From Zygnema circumcarinatum SAG 698-1b (Eukaryota; Plantae; Zygnematophyceae), in NCBI GenBank assembly GCA_037447605.1, contig CM074810.1:898760-962759 (forward strand): a DNA stretch of 64,000 nucleotides, written 5' to 3'. Made by a program: the position numbers and the translations under genes. The notes beneath the pieces are model-generated. The model ran no database searches and was not told the origin of the DNA. It was given only the letters and a program-made list of their open reading frames with translations. Below, in pieces: positions 1-11,694 of this stretch (positions are counted from its first letter, which is position 1; the number at the start of each line of letters is the position of its first letter).

Positions 1-775
1 GTGAATCCTTGCCTCTCTCCTGACTCCTTTGCTGGCTGCACCTGCAAGTCCGCTGATGGCTCCTCCTCCTCGGGTGCTTCCTCCTCAAGCGGTCCCTCCT
101 CAGGTACAGAATCTAGCGGATTAGTGACATGCTCCATCGGTGGGCTATGCTGAATATCTGGCCGTGGTAATGCTGCTTCCTCAGCCCTTCCTGAATCTTC
201 TGGAACCCATGGAAACACAAGCCTTCTCGTGTTCACGTCCTTCTCTCCATCCAGCTTCTCTGAATACTTGTGGAATTCTTGCACAATTATGTCACGACTC
301 CTTTCCACCTTCTTTGTGACTGGGTTCCAGATCCGGTAAGTCTGGCTATCTTCATTGTAGCCAAGGAAGTATCCTTCCACAGATCGAGGACTGAACTTCA
401 GCGCTTGCTTGTGCTTTGGAACGTGAATAAAGCACTTTGAGCCCCAAACTCGAAAGTGCTCAACAGTCGGCTTCTTGCCTGTCCACACTTCCTCCGGAAC
501 TTTATCCTTCAAGACAGATGTAGGGCACCTGTTCCGAATATACGCTGCCGCCGTGATCGCCTCAGCCCAAAACGATAGCGGAAATGGCGACTCATTCAGC
601 ATAGTCCTTGCCATATCTCCTAGCGTCCTATTCATCCTCTCAGCAACTCCGTTACTTTGAGGAGAGTAAGGGGCAGTGAACTCATGTTTCACTCCGAGGG
701 ACTTCAGGTAATCTCTAAACTGGTGAGAAGTGTACTCTCCACCATTGTCTGACCTTAGAGTTTTTAGTTTCATCC
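1..775 (-). pseudogene. Frameshifted continuation of copia pol (rest of integrase core and linker)
   Basis: Removing one base near 776 restores ETGMKLKTLRSDNGGEYTSHQFRDYLKSLGVKHEFTAPYSPQSNGVAERMNRTL...FWAEAITAAAYIRNRCP...HFRVWGSKCFIHVP, which is canonical copia integrase. Confidence 0.88.
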
Positions 776-2469
776 ACTGTCTCCCTCTCGGCCTGCAGCT
801 GCCACTCCTTGAAGGCCTGAAAAGCTTCCGATTTCTTGGTGAGCGTTTTCACCCATACTTTCCTTGAGCAATCATCAAGAAAGGTGATGAAATAGTTAGC
901 TCCACCTTTGCTTGTAGGGGTAACAGGGCCGCACAAGTCTGTGTGCACCAGCTCCAATCTCTCCCGAGAGATTTGCGCCACCGCTCCTTGACCAAACGGC
1001 CGCCTATGAGCTTTTCCTACGACACAATCTTCACAAGTCCCGTGTCCTTCTCCCCTTACACCTTCCACATCCAATCCTCTGACTAACTTCTCATCTGCAA
1101 GGCGCTTCAAACCTCTGAATCCAAGGTGTCCAAGTCTGCGATGCCAGAGTCTCACCTTGGGGTCCTCTTCAACTGAATTGACCACCTCCACCGGCTTCCC
1201 ACCCCAATTCAGATAATAAAGGCCATTCTTTTGCATGCCTCTACATAGGGTCCTCCCGGTATTCTCGTCAACTACTGCGCACGCCACTCTATCAAACCAC
1301 ACCTTGCAGCCTTCCTCGCAGATTTGACTCACAGAAAGAAAGTTATTCTGTAGTCCCGGGGTGTGCAGCACATTCCCTATGGTCAGCACTGCCCCTACAC
1401 CCCCATTGAGTACCTCCAGCTCGACCGATCCTCCTTGCGTCACCTCAACTCCATCTCCGGTGGCAGAATAAACAGAACGTGCATGCTGCAGCGCCTTCTT
1501 CTCCACGAAAAGTGACTCATCCACGCACATATGCTTGGATGCTCCCGAATCAATCAGCCAAGGCCTCAATCCATAATCCCGCACTTGGATTCCATTCGCA
1601 AACTCTGAATACTCGCCTTCAGCAGCCATTAGAGTCTTCTCTGAATTTCCGTCAGGACAGTTTGCCTTGAAGTGGCCAAACTTCCCGCACTTGTGACACG
1701 CTCCTTTGACCTTCTCCTTTGCGGCTAACTTAGAAGGGCCTGCTCCACTCGCATTATCCTTCTTCAGCTCCGGGCAGTTGGTCTTCACGTGTCCTGGCTT
1801 TCCGCAGTTGTAGCAACTCAGTCCCGAGCTGCGCTTGTCCACCTTGGGTCTCCCCCCTCCTTTGTGCTTTTGCTGCGACCACCTTAGCGCCAGCACCTTG
1901 TCACTCGAAACCTTAGCCTTTGCCTGCCTTTCATCCTCCTCCCTCACTCTGCCCTTCACCTCGTTTATGGTTAGATTGGCAGTAGTGAGAAGTGTCTTAA
2001 TGGAAATGACAGCAAACTCAAATCTTTTGGGCAGACCCTCTAAGAAGACGCTGATCTTATGATCTGAGTCCAACGGCTTACTTGCAAGAGCAAACCTCTG
2101 CATCAAGCTATCAAACCTCTGCATATAATCTGCCAGCTCTTCATCTTCGGACATTCTCAAATTGCCTAGTTCTGAGTACAAGTGGACAACCGTGGTATGA
2201 GATTTGACATCATACACATCCTCTAGACTCTTCCACATTTCAGCACTAGTCTCTAACTCTTGCAGTGCAAGCGACTGCTCATCCTTCACAGTTAAGGCGA
2301 TAAGTGCTTGAGCTTTCCTGTCCTTTCGAAGCCACTCCTTGATATCTTCAGCACCGGTGGTTGGTCTCTCCTCCGTGCCATCAACAACTCCAAGAAGGTC
2401 TCGGCTCGACAGCACTTTCTTCATTCGCCACCTCCACGTCTTGTAGTTATGGCCATCAAACAATGGCAC
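715..2469 (-). CDS. Copia gag-pol polyprotein, N-terminal part: gag, two CCHC zinc knuckles, aspartic protease, GAG-pre-integrase, start of integrase core
   Basis: FDGHNYKTWRWRM (gag N-terminus), CYNCGKPGHVKTNC and CHKCGKFGHFKANC, WLIDSGASKHM (protease), LWHRRLGH, LELVHTDLCGP...YFITFLDDCSR (integrase). Homology is lost after AERET because of a frameshift at ~776. Confidence 0.93.
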   Translation of the reverse strand: MPLFDGHNYKTWRWRMKKVLSSRDLLGVVDGTEERPTTGAEDIKEWLRKDRKAQALIALTVKDEQSLALQELETSAEMWKSLEDVYDVKSHTTVVHLYSELGNLRMSEDEELADYMQRFDSLMQRFALASKPLDSDHKISVFLEGLPKRFEFAVISIKTLLTTANLTINEVKGRVREEDERQAKAKVSSDKVLALRWSQQKHKGGGRPKVDKRSSGLSCYNCGKPGHVKTNCPELKKDNASGAGPSKLAAKEKVKGACHKCGKFGHFKANCPDGNSEKTLMAAEGEYSEFANGIQVRDYGLRPWLIDSGASKHMCVDESLFVEKKALQHARSVYSATGDGVEVTQGGSVELEVLNGGVGAVLTIGNVLHTPGLQNNFLSVSQICEEGCKVWFDRVACAVVDENTGRTLCRGMQKNGLYYLNWGGKPVEVVNSVEEDPKVRLWHRRLGHLGFRGLKRLADEKLVRGLDVEGVRGEGHGTCEDCVVGKAHRRPFGQGAVAQISRERLELVHTDLCGPVTPTSKGGANYFITFLDDCSRKVWVKTLTKKSEAFQAFKEWQLQAERETVDETKNSKVRQWWRVHFSPV

Positions 2470-2509
2470 TCCAATCTTCCGATCGTCATCACCTTCTGCT
2501 CGGTCTCTA

Positions 2510-2521
2510 GCTCTGATACCA
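2510..2521 (-). promoter_or_regulatory. Primer-binding site (tRNA-iMet) of copia element 1
   Basis: Minus strand reads TGGTATCAGAGC, directly upstream of gag. Confidence 0.93.
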
Positions 2522-2523
2522 CT

Positions 2524-3182
2524 TGTAGTGTAGGAGCCTCCGGTCTAGTAGAGGATCCCTCGAGGATGACATCCCACTACTCCTTGGACTAGGAGGCGCC
2601 AGCCTTAGCGGAAACACAGAATCACACTCACAAAGCACAGACTGCCCCAAGCAAAGAATGAATGAACAGATCGAAGATTCAGAAGATAAGAGAATGCACA
2701 AATGCTGAAAACTCTTAACTTCAAAACGGAGTACAAGAACACAACAAGAGCCCCTCTGGCGCTCTCTGCTCCACCTCTAGAGTGTCCCTTATCTTGTAGC
2801 TTCACCACACAGCAGCAGGCACTCTACTCTTGCACCTAGCAGCCTGCACTAAGGGTTACAACTTCCGGCTCATTTGCATGCGTAATTTATTAGTCCGCGG
2901 TGTGGCGTGACTTAGAACACTCTCCGTCACGTCAGCATGCTGTAGCGCCTTACAAGCAATAATTTTCGGCAAAAGGAGCGCTGCGAGTTTCTGGGCTCCG
3001 TCGTGCAATCACGTACATCTCCGGCGCCAGTAACCACGACCCAATCCGCAGCTCGGCGCTTTATCACGGCGGGCAATCGAGAATCGCCATGCTCCACCTG
3101 ATGTGTAGATCCTAGACAAGCATGCGAGCTAGACTCCGAAACAACTACATGCTCTTCATGAACTATGTACCACTCACTAACA
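2524..3182 (-). repeat. Probable 5' LTR of copia element 1
   Basis: The inner end is ...CACTACA at 2524. The candidate outer end TGTTAGTGAG at 3182 forms an imperfect inverted repeat with it. Alternative TG starts exist at 2860 and 2919. Confidence 0.5.
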
Positions 3183-3959
3183 CCGGTGGCTCCCACTTAT
3201 GGTAAGTGGGGAACGTGTTCGGAGCTCCACCCTTTGTCTTCTGGGCGTTCCGCTGTTTGACCACCAGCTCGTCGTAGAGCTCAAACAACACGTTCGTGTC
3301 GATGGTGTCATAGATGGCCGTGAGCTTCTGCCACACCTCGCGTGCAGATTGCAGCTCTCGAAGCATCTTTGCCGGATTCCCCTTGACACTTGAGGATCTG
3401 AGCATCCTCACTTGAACGTCCTCCTTCGACCACGTCGTCTGCTCCAGCTCGTCTGGAGGCAGGGTGGTGAAGTTGGCCGGTGGTGTGATCGTCCCGTTGA
3501 TGTACTTCAGCAGTCCCTTGCTCTGAAGTAAGGTTGTCATCTGCCACCGCCAATCCTTGTAGTCAGTTCCCCGAAAGATAGGGATGGTAAGCCGCACGTC
3601 ACCTTCAGCTCTGATACCACTTGTTGAATTGGTTTCCCCTGAAGTGGTTCTGAAACCACTCGTAGAGGATAAGGGGTCGTAAACCGAGCCCCCTCTGGTC
3701 GTGTCTTCTCCCGTATTCATCTCGGCCATGATGACTACCGTGAGCCAAGCAAGAACTGTGAGACAAAGTGTAAGAGAAAAGCCCACCGGCCGAAAACCTC
3801 TTCTTTATACAATGAAAGATACAACAGGTGCAGGCAGTATTCTACTCCTGACTCTGGCTCTATCCTACGCTCTACTAAGCGTTGCTTGCGGCTGCCCCTG
3901 ACTATCTCACCCTTCCTCAGCTTACTACCCACAGTCGGGAAGCACTGCTCCCTTGTGCA
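3183..3959 (-). mobile_element. Second, truncated copia element (LTR, PBS, partial gag)
   Basis: Second TGGTATCAGAGC PBS at 3608-3619, LTR inner end ...CAACA at 3622, and gag N-terminus IFRGTDYKDWRWQMTTLLQSKGLL...AREVWQKLTAIY. Gag homology stops near 3260. An N gap follows at 3960. Confidence 0.85.
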
Positions 3960-3969
3960 NNNNNNNNNN
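3960..3969. other. Assembly gap (10 N); others at 4756-4765, 5667-5676, 15209-15218, 58144-58153, 63990-63999
   Basis: Runs of N, several adjacent to low-complexity sequence or repeats. Confidence 0.99.
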
Positions 3970-4289
3970 CGTCGCGCGTCGCGGTCGTCCGTACGCCCGA
4001 ACAAATGTTCGGTTCGTCACGTCACGGTCCCATGAACTTAACTTAGAACTTTCCCGCGTCCGCGCCCGCGCGACCAACCTTGTCGCTTGGCGTCCGCGCC
4101 CAAGTTCTTCATGTCATAGAGAGACTATGTCCCATAAGTTGTACGGTCTCTATAGCCGTACAACAATCCATACGATCAAAGGTCTCCGGATTCACGACTC
4201 TTTGCGACGGTTTTCCGACCGTTGCGCCTGCTGCCGCCGCCTCTGCCGCGGCCACGTGGCAGCCTCTTGTCGTTGTCTTTGCGTTTTCC

Positions 4290-4755
4290 TGTCGCGTGTC
4301 TTGCTGCATTGCTCTGTTTTTGTTGTTTGTGCTTCTTTTCGTTTTTTGTTTTTTGTTTTTGGTTGTTTTGCTGCTGTTTTGCTGCGGTTTTTTCTGTTCT
4401 AACGTTTCTCGCCTTGTTTTCTGACATTTTCTGCCGTAGCTTGTCTTGCTGTGTTGCGTTTTCCCTTTTGTCTCCCCCTTTGCGTCTCTTCGTCCTTGTG
4501 CTTCTTCTTTTTGAGCTGCTCTCGCCTTTTATGCCCTTTCCACCCTTTTCTGCTGTTTTTCTCCTTCCTTTCCCTTCTCCCTTCCCGTCGCCTCCCTGGT
4601 CCCTTCCCTTCCCTTCCTTTCCTTATTCCTCCACCTCTGTTTCCCTATCCCTTCCCTTCCAATCCCTTCCTTTGTCCTGCCCCTTCCTTTTCCTTCTCCC
4701 CCCCCCCCTTCTCATTTCCCCTCCCCTTCCTTTCTCCCTTCCCTTCCCTTCCCTC
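4290..4755. repeat. Low-complexity T/C-rich tract
   Basis: GT/T-rich then (CCCTT)-like pyrimidine runs. The overlapping ORFs are L/F/P/S-rich artefacts. Confidence 0.8.
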
Positions 4756-5103
4756 NNNNNNNNNNCGTTGTTGTGCCTAGGCGTAGTTTTCCGCTCCTAG
4801 CTTTGTTTTATTGTGTTTCGGTCCTTTGTGACCAGTCCTTCGTGGTTCCACATTTTGCCTTTATCCATGTACATTTGATGGCCTCGCCATCGCGAGTTCA
4901 ATGAAAGTTTGCTCCCTTTGCTAACACTTGACAAGTGTAACTCCATCCGTATAATTCCGTTTATGTTATCCGTACATATGCTTCGTACAGCTCCGTCTGA
5001 CTCTACGGATCACAACAATAGAAAGGCAAAATTTTCAGTTGCAGTGGAGATTGGCATTGGCTGGAGGCGAAGAGAAATAGAGCGAAGAGAAAGACTTGCA
5101 ATG

Positions 5104-5278
5104 ACTGGCCTTCGCGGCTGCTTCTAGGGAGGGCTGCGTTGTTGAGCCTACGAGTTTTCTGCTTCTAGCTTTTTGCTTTTGTGCTTATGTCCTTTGCAAC
5201 CAGTTCCTCGTGGTTCCCCATGTTGCTTTTGTCCATGTACATTTGATGGCATCGTCGCCATAGTGAGATCAATGCCAC
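5104..5278. repeat. Dispersed ~170-bp repeat family, copy A (partial direct copy at 4821-4902; inverted copies at 11695-11870 and 16401-16484)
   Basis: The reverse complement shares GATGCCATCAAATGTA, GGACAAAAGCA-CATGGGGAACCAC and CAACAACGCAGCCCTCCCT-GAAGCAGCCG with 11695-11870. Confidence 0.85.
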
Positions 5279-5493
5279 TTCCTCCCCACCCTTGCAATGT
5301 AAATGGAGTGTGGAAGGGAGAGAGAGACGGGGGAGGGAGAGACGGCTTAGGGCTTCAAACAAGCTGCCCGCCGCATGCATGCATGCATGCACGACTTGCA
5401 AAGCGGTGCATGGCATGGCGGTCACAGGGCCCTTCTGCTGTCACGCCCACTCGGCTTGCTTGCTCGCTCGGTCTCAGAAAAGTCTTAAAGTTA

Positions 5494-5849
5494 GGGTAAC
5501 TCTACTGCACCCCCGCGTTTTGTCTTCCGCACCCCCCTTTTGAAAATTTTGCCTGCCCGTTTTGGTACCCCCCAGTTTTGAATATTTCGGGAAAAAAACA
5601 ATTTCCCGCCCCTCCCGTCCCCTCCGCTCCCCCCCCTCCCCTGCCCTCTCCTCCCCTCCCCTCCCCNNNNNNNNNNGGGGAGGGGAGGGGAGGAGAGGGC
5701 AGGGGAGGGGGGGGAGCGGAGGGGACGGGAGGGGCGGGAATTTTTTTTTTTCCCGAAATATTCAAAACTGGGGGGTACCAAAACGGGCAGGCAAAATTTT
5801 CAAAAGGGGGGTGCGAAAGACAAAACGCGGGGGTGCAGTAGAGTTACCC
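5494..5849. mobile_element. Long-TIR foldback / MULE-like non-autonomous DNA transposon with a gapped interior
   Basis: ~170-bp near-perfect inverted arms GGGTAACTCTACTGCACCCCCG...CGGGGGTGCAGTAGAGTTACCC that differ at a few positions. Flanked by TAAAGTTA / TAAAGTTC (7 of 8 identical, candidate TSD). Confidence 0.75.
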
Positions 5850-5905
5850 TAAAGTTCAACCCCCGCTAGAGCCGCATAGCACGACTGCCAGGTCACACAC
5901 ACACA

Positions 5906-6281
5906 CACGTGGTCACATGAACCACGTGGGCGAATCAGTTTGCGCCACGCACACATGCCACGTGGACATGTCGCTGTAGATTCCAGAACAGTGCCCGTAC
6001 CACGTAGCTCCAAGATTTCATTCGTTCCTAGCGATTAGCGCACAGTGGTTTAGGACAAAGGCACCTCCCAAAATTCATCTTCGTACAAGAATACGGTACA
6101 GTACGGTCCTTAAAATGGAATGGTCCAACCCACAGCAAGCGGCACCGACAGGCGGCCTCAGACAGGGCCGGGGGCCGTACAGGGAAGGCTGCCTCCGTAC
6201 ACAATGGGAGGCCGGATCGTACCATACGGACAGTGGACAGCAGCCACTCAGGATTCTCGGAGACACGCGCGAAGACACGTG
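5906..6281 (+). promoter_or_regulatory. G-box (CACGTG) cluster upstream of the PGM-like gene
   Basis: CACGTG at 5906, 5923, 5959 and 6276. Confidence 0.45.
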
Positions 6282-6933
6282 GTGAGTTAAAACACGGACA
6301 CCTGGCAGCTGGTCACGAAACACGGGAGGGGAAAGCCGGGGAGGAGAGAGGGGTCGTGTTGTGAGCTGTAGGAGCGGGAGACAGAGAGGGAGAGAGGGAG
6401 AGGGAGAAGGGAGGAGGAGAAGTGCAAGTTCGCAGCTCTGTCGTCGCTGCATTCACATTTATACTGCGTTGCAAACAGTGAGTTTTATGGCTCGCTGTGC
6501 ACCAGGCTCAGGCCTGCTGGTGTACTACACGGGAGGGGGGGAACTGCAGCTGGATGGACTGGACGAATACAGCAGTGGCATTTCATGATATGCTGTTCAG
6601 TTCCGTTGGAATTTTTGAAAGATCATATTTGATATGTTGGATACTTTCTTGAATCACGTTTTTTCCGCTTTCTGTTTTGGACAAGTGGGTTTATAGTCTT
6701 CTGGCGGTCCATTTGTTAAGTGTTTCTTTTAATGGCGCAGACTGGCGTAAGGACGAGTGCGGCCTTGGTTCTGCTTGCTTTCGTTTCTCATGTCTGAAAT
6801 TTGAGTCCCATTTTCAACTTTTTCTTTTCCTTCTAAGCTTAGGCATCAAAAGCTCTTCGGCTTAACTGCAGCGACTGATGTGTTTATTTGTGTTTTGTTC
6901 TTCTGCAGTTTTTTGAGCAAGCACATATTTAAA

Positions 6934-9900
6934 ATGGTGCCACCTGCTGCAGTCATGCCGGCAATGTTTCCGCTCCATCGCTGCAAGTTCATCCACTTGG
7001 TGCGCAAAACAGGCCACTAAAACCACTAAAGCCCAGGAAAAGTACTCAGATTGTTGCTTCCGGCTGCTTCATTGAGATGGATATTGGATTCAAGGTCTTC
7101 TAGGAAAGCATTTGATGACGATAGAAAGTTTGCAGCAAAGATCAGAGAAGTTTTTGTGCTGAAGAGATGATCGGAGTTGTTTAAGTCAAAGGTACAAAAA
7201 ATACCAACGCACATGTCTTAGTGAGATCCTGAACAAAGCGGCATGGAGCCGGTAGATAAAGGTTAATTTGATGCTAAAGCTGAAGCATTTGGTCCAAGCT
7301 CAATGTGTGCGCCTGTTCGCGTTAAGATTTGTTCAGCTGCCCAGTGCCTACTGGCTCCTCTTTTAATAATGTCCTGCTCAGGATTTCAGGCATCAAGCTT
7401 TCCATGATTTTTTTTTGTTCTATGATTGAAGTTGCACGAAGGTCTTCCATTATGAGGTATGTCTACATGTTGTGAATGGAGGTAGGATGTCAACTGTCTA
7501 GACCTTCCTTTTAGTAGCGGACACTCGCTCCTAAGTGGTCATGTTGTTTCTTGGGGAGCATCAGGTGCGCCATGGGCAGGGATATCATAATGTTGCAGGC
7601 GAAAACAACTATGAAGCCTACATGTCTATGGAGTATCTGGATGCCTGTCTCACTCCTACAGGCTGGCAACAGGTACGCGCCGACTTTGCAATGGTGCTTT
7701 CCTAATTTGAGCTTCAGATTCGTGGCTTTGAGGCTTTGACAGTACGGTAGTGGACTTACGGCATTTGTCGAACAGCAATACACTTAGTTTCTTTTGGTTT
7801 TCAAAGTCGTAGATCACAAGCTAATACGTACGAAAACCTTTTGATGCCGGTTTTGGGTTAATTATTGAAACGTGCGATACCTACGTGGCTACTTGGTAAA
7901 CTGCAGGCCTTCGCTCTCAAAAAGCATATAGCTCAAGTTCCAGATGGTTTAGGGGTGGAGCTGGTTGTCACATCACCTCTAATGAGGTAAGCCACGTGAG
8001 TGAGAGCATCCAATTCGTACCACAACGTTTTGCTTTTCAAACTTGTTACGTCCACTGCCTCACTAGGCCCTTAGGCTGCAGACTTTGGTTGTAAGCTTCA
8101 TTTGAGACCATTTGCGATAGAAAGCATGGTACTCGCTTCATCATTTCTTGGATCCAGGACTTTCATCTGCTGAAGTGATGACAATTACTGAAACTCGTCG
8201 AAACTATCGACTTTACATTTGGGTTACTGTTGGAATTCTTTGCATTTTCTGAAAAATCATCGGCTTGCATCAGTATTGCCAAATAGCTGTAATGTGTAGT
8301 GGTGCACCTTTTTTTTTTTTGCCAGAACCATGCAAACTGCTGCAGGAGTGTTTGGATCGCAAGCAGAAGACTCTGCCGTTCCTTTCATGCTTGAAGGAAC
8401 AGGCAAAAGCGCAGTCGGGAAGATCTCAAGCAGCGGGTCTCCACCCATAGTGGCAGTGGAGATGTGCAGAGAGCATTTGGTCAGTTTCTTTACATGTATA
8501 ATTCAACTTGTTGCTCTATTTCAATATCGGAGACTCTATGAGTTTTGAAAGGCATGTTTGGTTGGCATGGTCCAGGGCTTGGCGCAAAAATTAAGTAATG
8601 GGTTTTTCTTTCAATGCAATGTTGTCTGCATGGCCAGTTCTTGTGTAAAACGACTCGAACTTTGCTCATCCTAAATCGCATATCACATCTCTGAGGAAAC
8701 GTGTTAAAGCATCTCTTGAAGGCGTCCTTTTCTCTATAAGATGCATGGCATGGGAATTGCGATGTGCATTCAAACGTCAAAATATTTTGGCTCAACGCAG
8801 GGCAGGCATCCTTGCGATAAGCGATCATCGGTGAGTCAATATCGACAGCAGTTTCCAGCTATTGACTTTTCCCAGGTAAGGCCTTTTACCCACTTTATAA
8901 CTTTATCGTCTGTTGTTGTGCTGAAGCTGTATGAATTTGTCTATGTTCTCAATTTTGTCATGCCTTCGTTTTAATGTAACTGTTGTCAATGCTTTGAACA
9001 TCCTCGTGCAGTGCACTCACGTAAGTGTGCAAAGTACTGTGTCAAGTTCCTAAAGGATTAGTCTTGGACACTTGTGCAAAGAGGAGCCGGTCAACATGTT
9101 AAGATTACATGAAACACAGTCAGCCAGTCACAGTTTCGCATGTTTTTGGTGTTGAAATTTTTGGGTTTCGTCAAGCCTGCATGCTCATGCATGTATGTTG
9201 ATTTCTGGTTTAGTCATCGGAACGCTGAGGCCCAGTCCGTGAAAGGCGTCAGAAGGCCAGAGTTGCTTTATGAATTGGTTGACACAACACGTTTTGGACG
9301 TCTGTTAAGGTCGTCGATGCCTATTCTTTGGCACTTTGTAAATCTGAGGAAAACTTCTATGCCGCTGGACTGCTTGCAGGTCGAAACAGACGAAGATACA
9401 TGGTGGGAGCCTGATGTGCGGGAGACTGAGGACGACTTGACTGAGCGTGGAAGGAAATTTGTCAGCTGGTGAGCTCTTTTGAATGGAAGCGTCCCGCAGA
9501 TGTCATGTGTCCATACCGGGGCCCCGACTTGACTTCACTGCCTGCTCAAATTAGTATTGGTACTAGATTCACATGATATTCAATGTGTAAGTGTGGAGAA
9601 TTATATCCTGGTGGTGTCCTCAATGTCGAGCTTACGGATGCATAGAGAGAACCAAAACCTTGCTATCATCCGCACTTCGTTTCACAATGGACGATTCAGT
9701 TGATGAACTGAGAAGCCTATCCGTTCCCTTGTTCGAAACAAGAATGCCTAGCCCGATTGTACTCCGTATGAATGTCAAAAGAAGTTGAATATGTGGATAC
9801 CCACTCCAGTCTTTATGTACCTAACAGCTCTGTTCGTCTCCTTATGTCGAAAGTGGAGATGTTGTGGTTCTAATGCGGCTGGTGAAGGGTTTTTGCTGAT

Positions 9901-10914
9901 GCAGGTTGATGGCGCGCAAGGAAAATAGAATTGCTGTTGTTTCTCATAGCAGTTTTTTGATCCATCTCCTTGCACTGTTTGCTGCTGACTGTGGAACCGT
10001 TGTCCAAAAGGAGGTTCGCTCTGGGTATGTTCAATTTCCCTCTGGAGAATTTGAAGTTTTTAGCTGTTCATTGATGTCGCTGCTGTATGCGGTGATTATA
10101 AACTGCTTAGAAGAAAGCCTGCCATCATTAGACGGGTGTATTAATGCTGTTTGTTTCTACATCTTGGCTCAAGGGGTGGATGCGTGAATGTTCCTGGCTG
10201 GTTTTTCTTATGTTGACGAGGTAGTTACAGTGTCCTATATGTACGACGCATCTTGATATACAGCATAGTCGTTCTTGTTATACGTGTATCGGAGCATCGA
10301 TCTGGACGTTTATCGATACATTGAGCTGCATGCTATAAACATATCGGCTCTTATTATGTCGCTTGTTTAAATGGGGTGGGAAAGAACAGCTATAGCAACT
10401 GTGAGATGCGCTCTTTAGTGCTCGTTGATCGCGAGTACGACCTGCCACCCTTCAAACCCCATGCATGCTTCGTCTTGTGCCCTGCATCATTTTTTCATCA
10501 TCCCTACGCACTCTCGATCTCGGTCTATGCCCGTGCAATTCACTTTGGCTCCTCTATTGAGCAAGTTGTGTGCCTTTCGACAGGTTACGTGTCTTCCAAG
10601 TGGGCAGGAATAGATAGATGGTGTGAATCGTAAGGCACAGTTTTCACATCTTGAGATTCAAGCATTTCTAGGTTCTGCTCTCTACTTTTGTTCCAATCGT
10701 CGCAATAGTGTTTTTCCAGCACTCAGCAGTTTGTTGATTCTCATCTGATGTAATGTCATGTAACTTCACTCTTGCAGTTTATTCTTAGCTCAGTGCTCAT
10801 GGTTACGAGCAATTAGCATTTCCGTGTCCAATTGGTGTGGGCCCAAAAGAATACAAAAATACTAACCTTTTCCTTATGGTGTATCCTTCTTGCAGGGGCG
10901 GGCCTCCATTCTGA
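6934..10914 (+). CDS. Histidine phosphatase / phosphoglycerate mutase-like protein (plant At5g64460-type), spliced
   Basis: GT-AG exons 6934-6999, 7565-7672, 7907-7986, 8326-8479, 8801-8875, 9380-9468, 9905-10024 and 10390-~10433 give KFIHL|VRHGQGYHNV...DACLTPTGWQQ...VVTSPLMRTMQTA...CREHLGRHPCDKR...IAVVSHSSFL...NCEMRSLVLVDR. The last exon and stop (10914) are uncertain. Confidence 0.9.
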
Positions 10915-11694
10915 CCATCTCATGTATTCCTACAGACCATCCCGACAGCTGCTGACCCAAATCTACCCACATCAATCCCCCCCTTTCTTTTTTTTCCGAA
11001 CACTATATACCATGTCTCTGCTGTTCTGCATTTTTTCCTTCAATAGCCCTTTTTTTTATTATTATTTTTTATTTTTTTCACTACACCCGGTCCTCTTTGC
11101 CAATATGAAGTTCAACGGGAGGGGGATGAAGTATGTTATATACTCTACTGAACACACATATCACCCTTGTGGCCTCACGCTACACGGTCGTACTGGCATT
11201 CACTGATTATATCCACATGAAAGACCATTTGTTTCTGCTTGTTTGATACCTTTTTTTCCTTGCATGGGTTATATAATATATCATTGGTTCATAAACATAC
11301 GGTACAATTTTTAACGGATTTTATATTGTTACAGTCACAGGAAGACGAAGCGCCCGTGCGAGGTGACTGGATAGATGATGCTGGCTGGGGAAATGGTCGC
11401 CACAATGATTCAGAATCTCGGACACAAGAGTTGTCGAGGCCCAACACTCCATTCGAGGGCCCTCGTCCTCATAATGTGAACAGGATTGCGCCGTGCGGTA
11501 GTGTCAAAGGTACCAGCGTACAGGTAGGGGGTACCCGGAGGGTAAGGCCTAGGTTTTGAACATAGCATCTCGCCACACAATTAATTTAAAAGGGGGGCAA
11601 CAAGGAAGCGCTTCCAGCGACTAGGGATGGATACTATAACGCACTGTCATGTACTAGAATTCCAATCAAAAATTCTAAAAGTCAGGCGAAGGAA

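Larger units (their letters stand above)
1..3182 (-). mobile_element. Ty1/copia LTR retrotransposon (5' LTR, PBS, gag, protease, integrase); continues off the left edge
   Basis: Copia domain order gag-PR-IN on the minus strand, tRNA-iMet PBS, and an LTR ending in CA 2 nt before the PBS. The outer LTR boundary is uncertain. Confidence 0.93.

Noticed and set aside
5491-5852. Mirror-image ORF pairs at the foldback element
   Set aside because: They arise from the inverted repeat and cross an N gap; not coding.
11239-11559. Possible extra terminal exon of the PGM-like gene
   Set aside because: An acceptor-like site exists, but there is no homology and no way to link it without cDNA.
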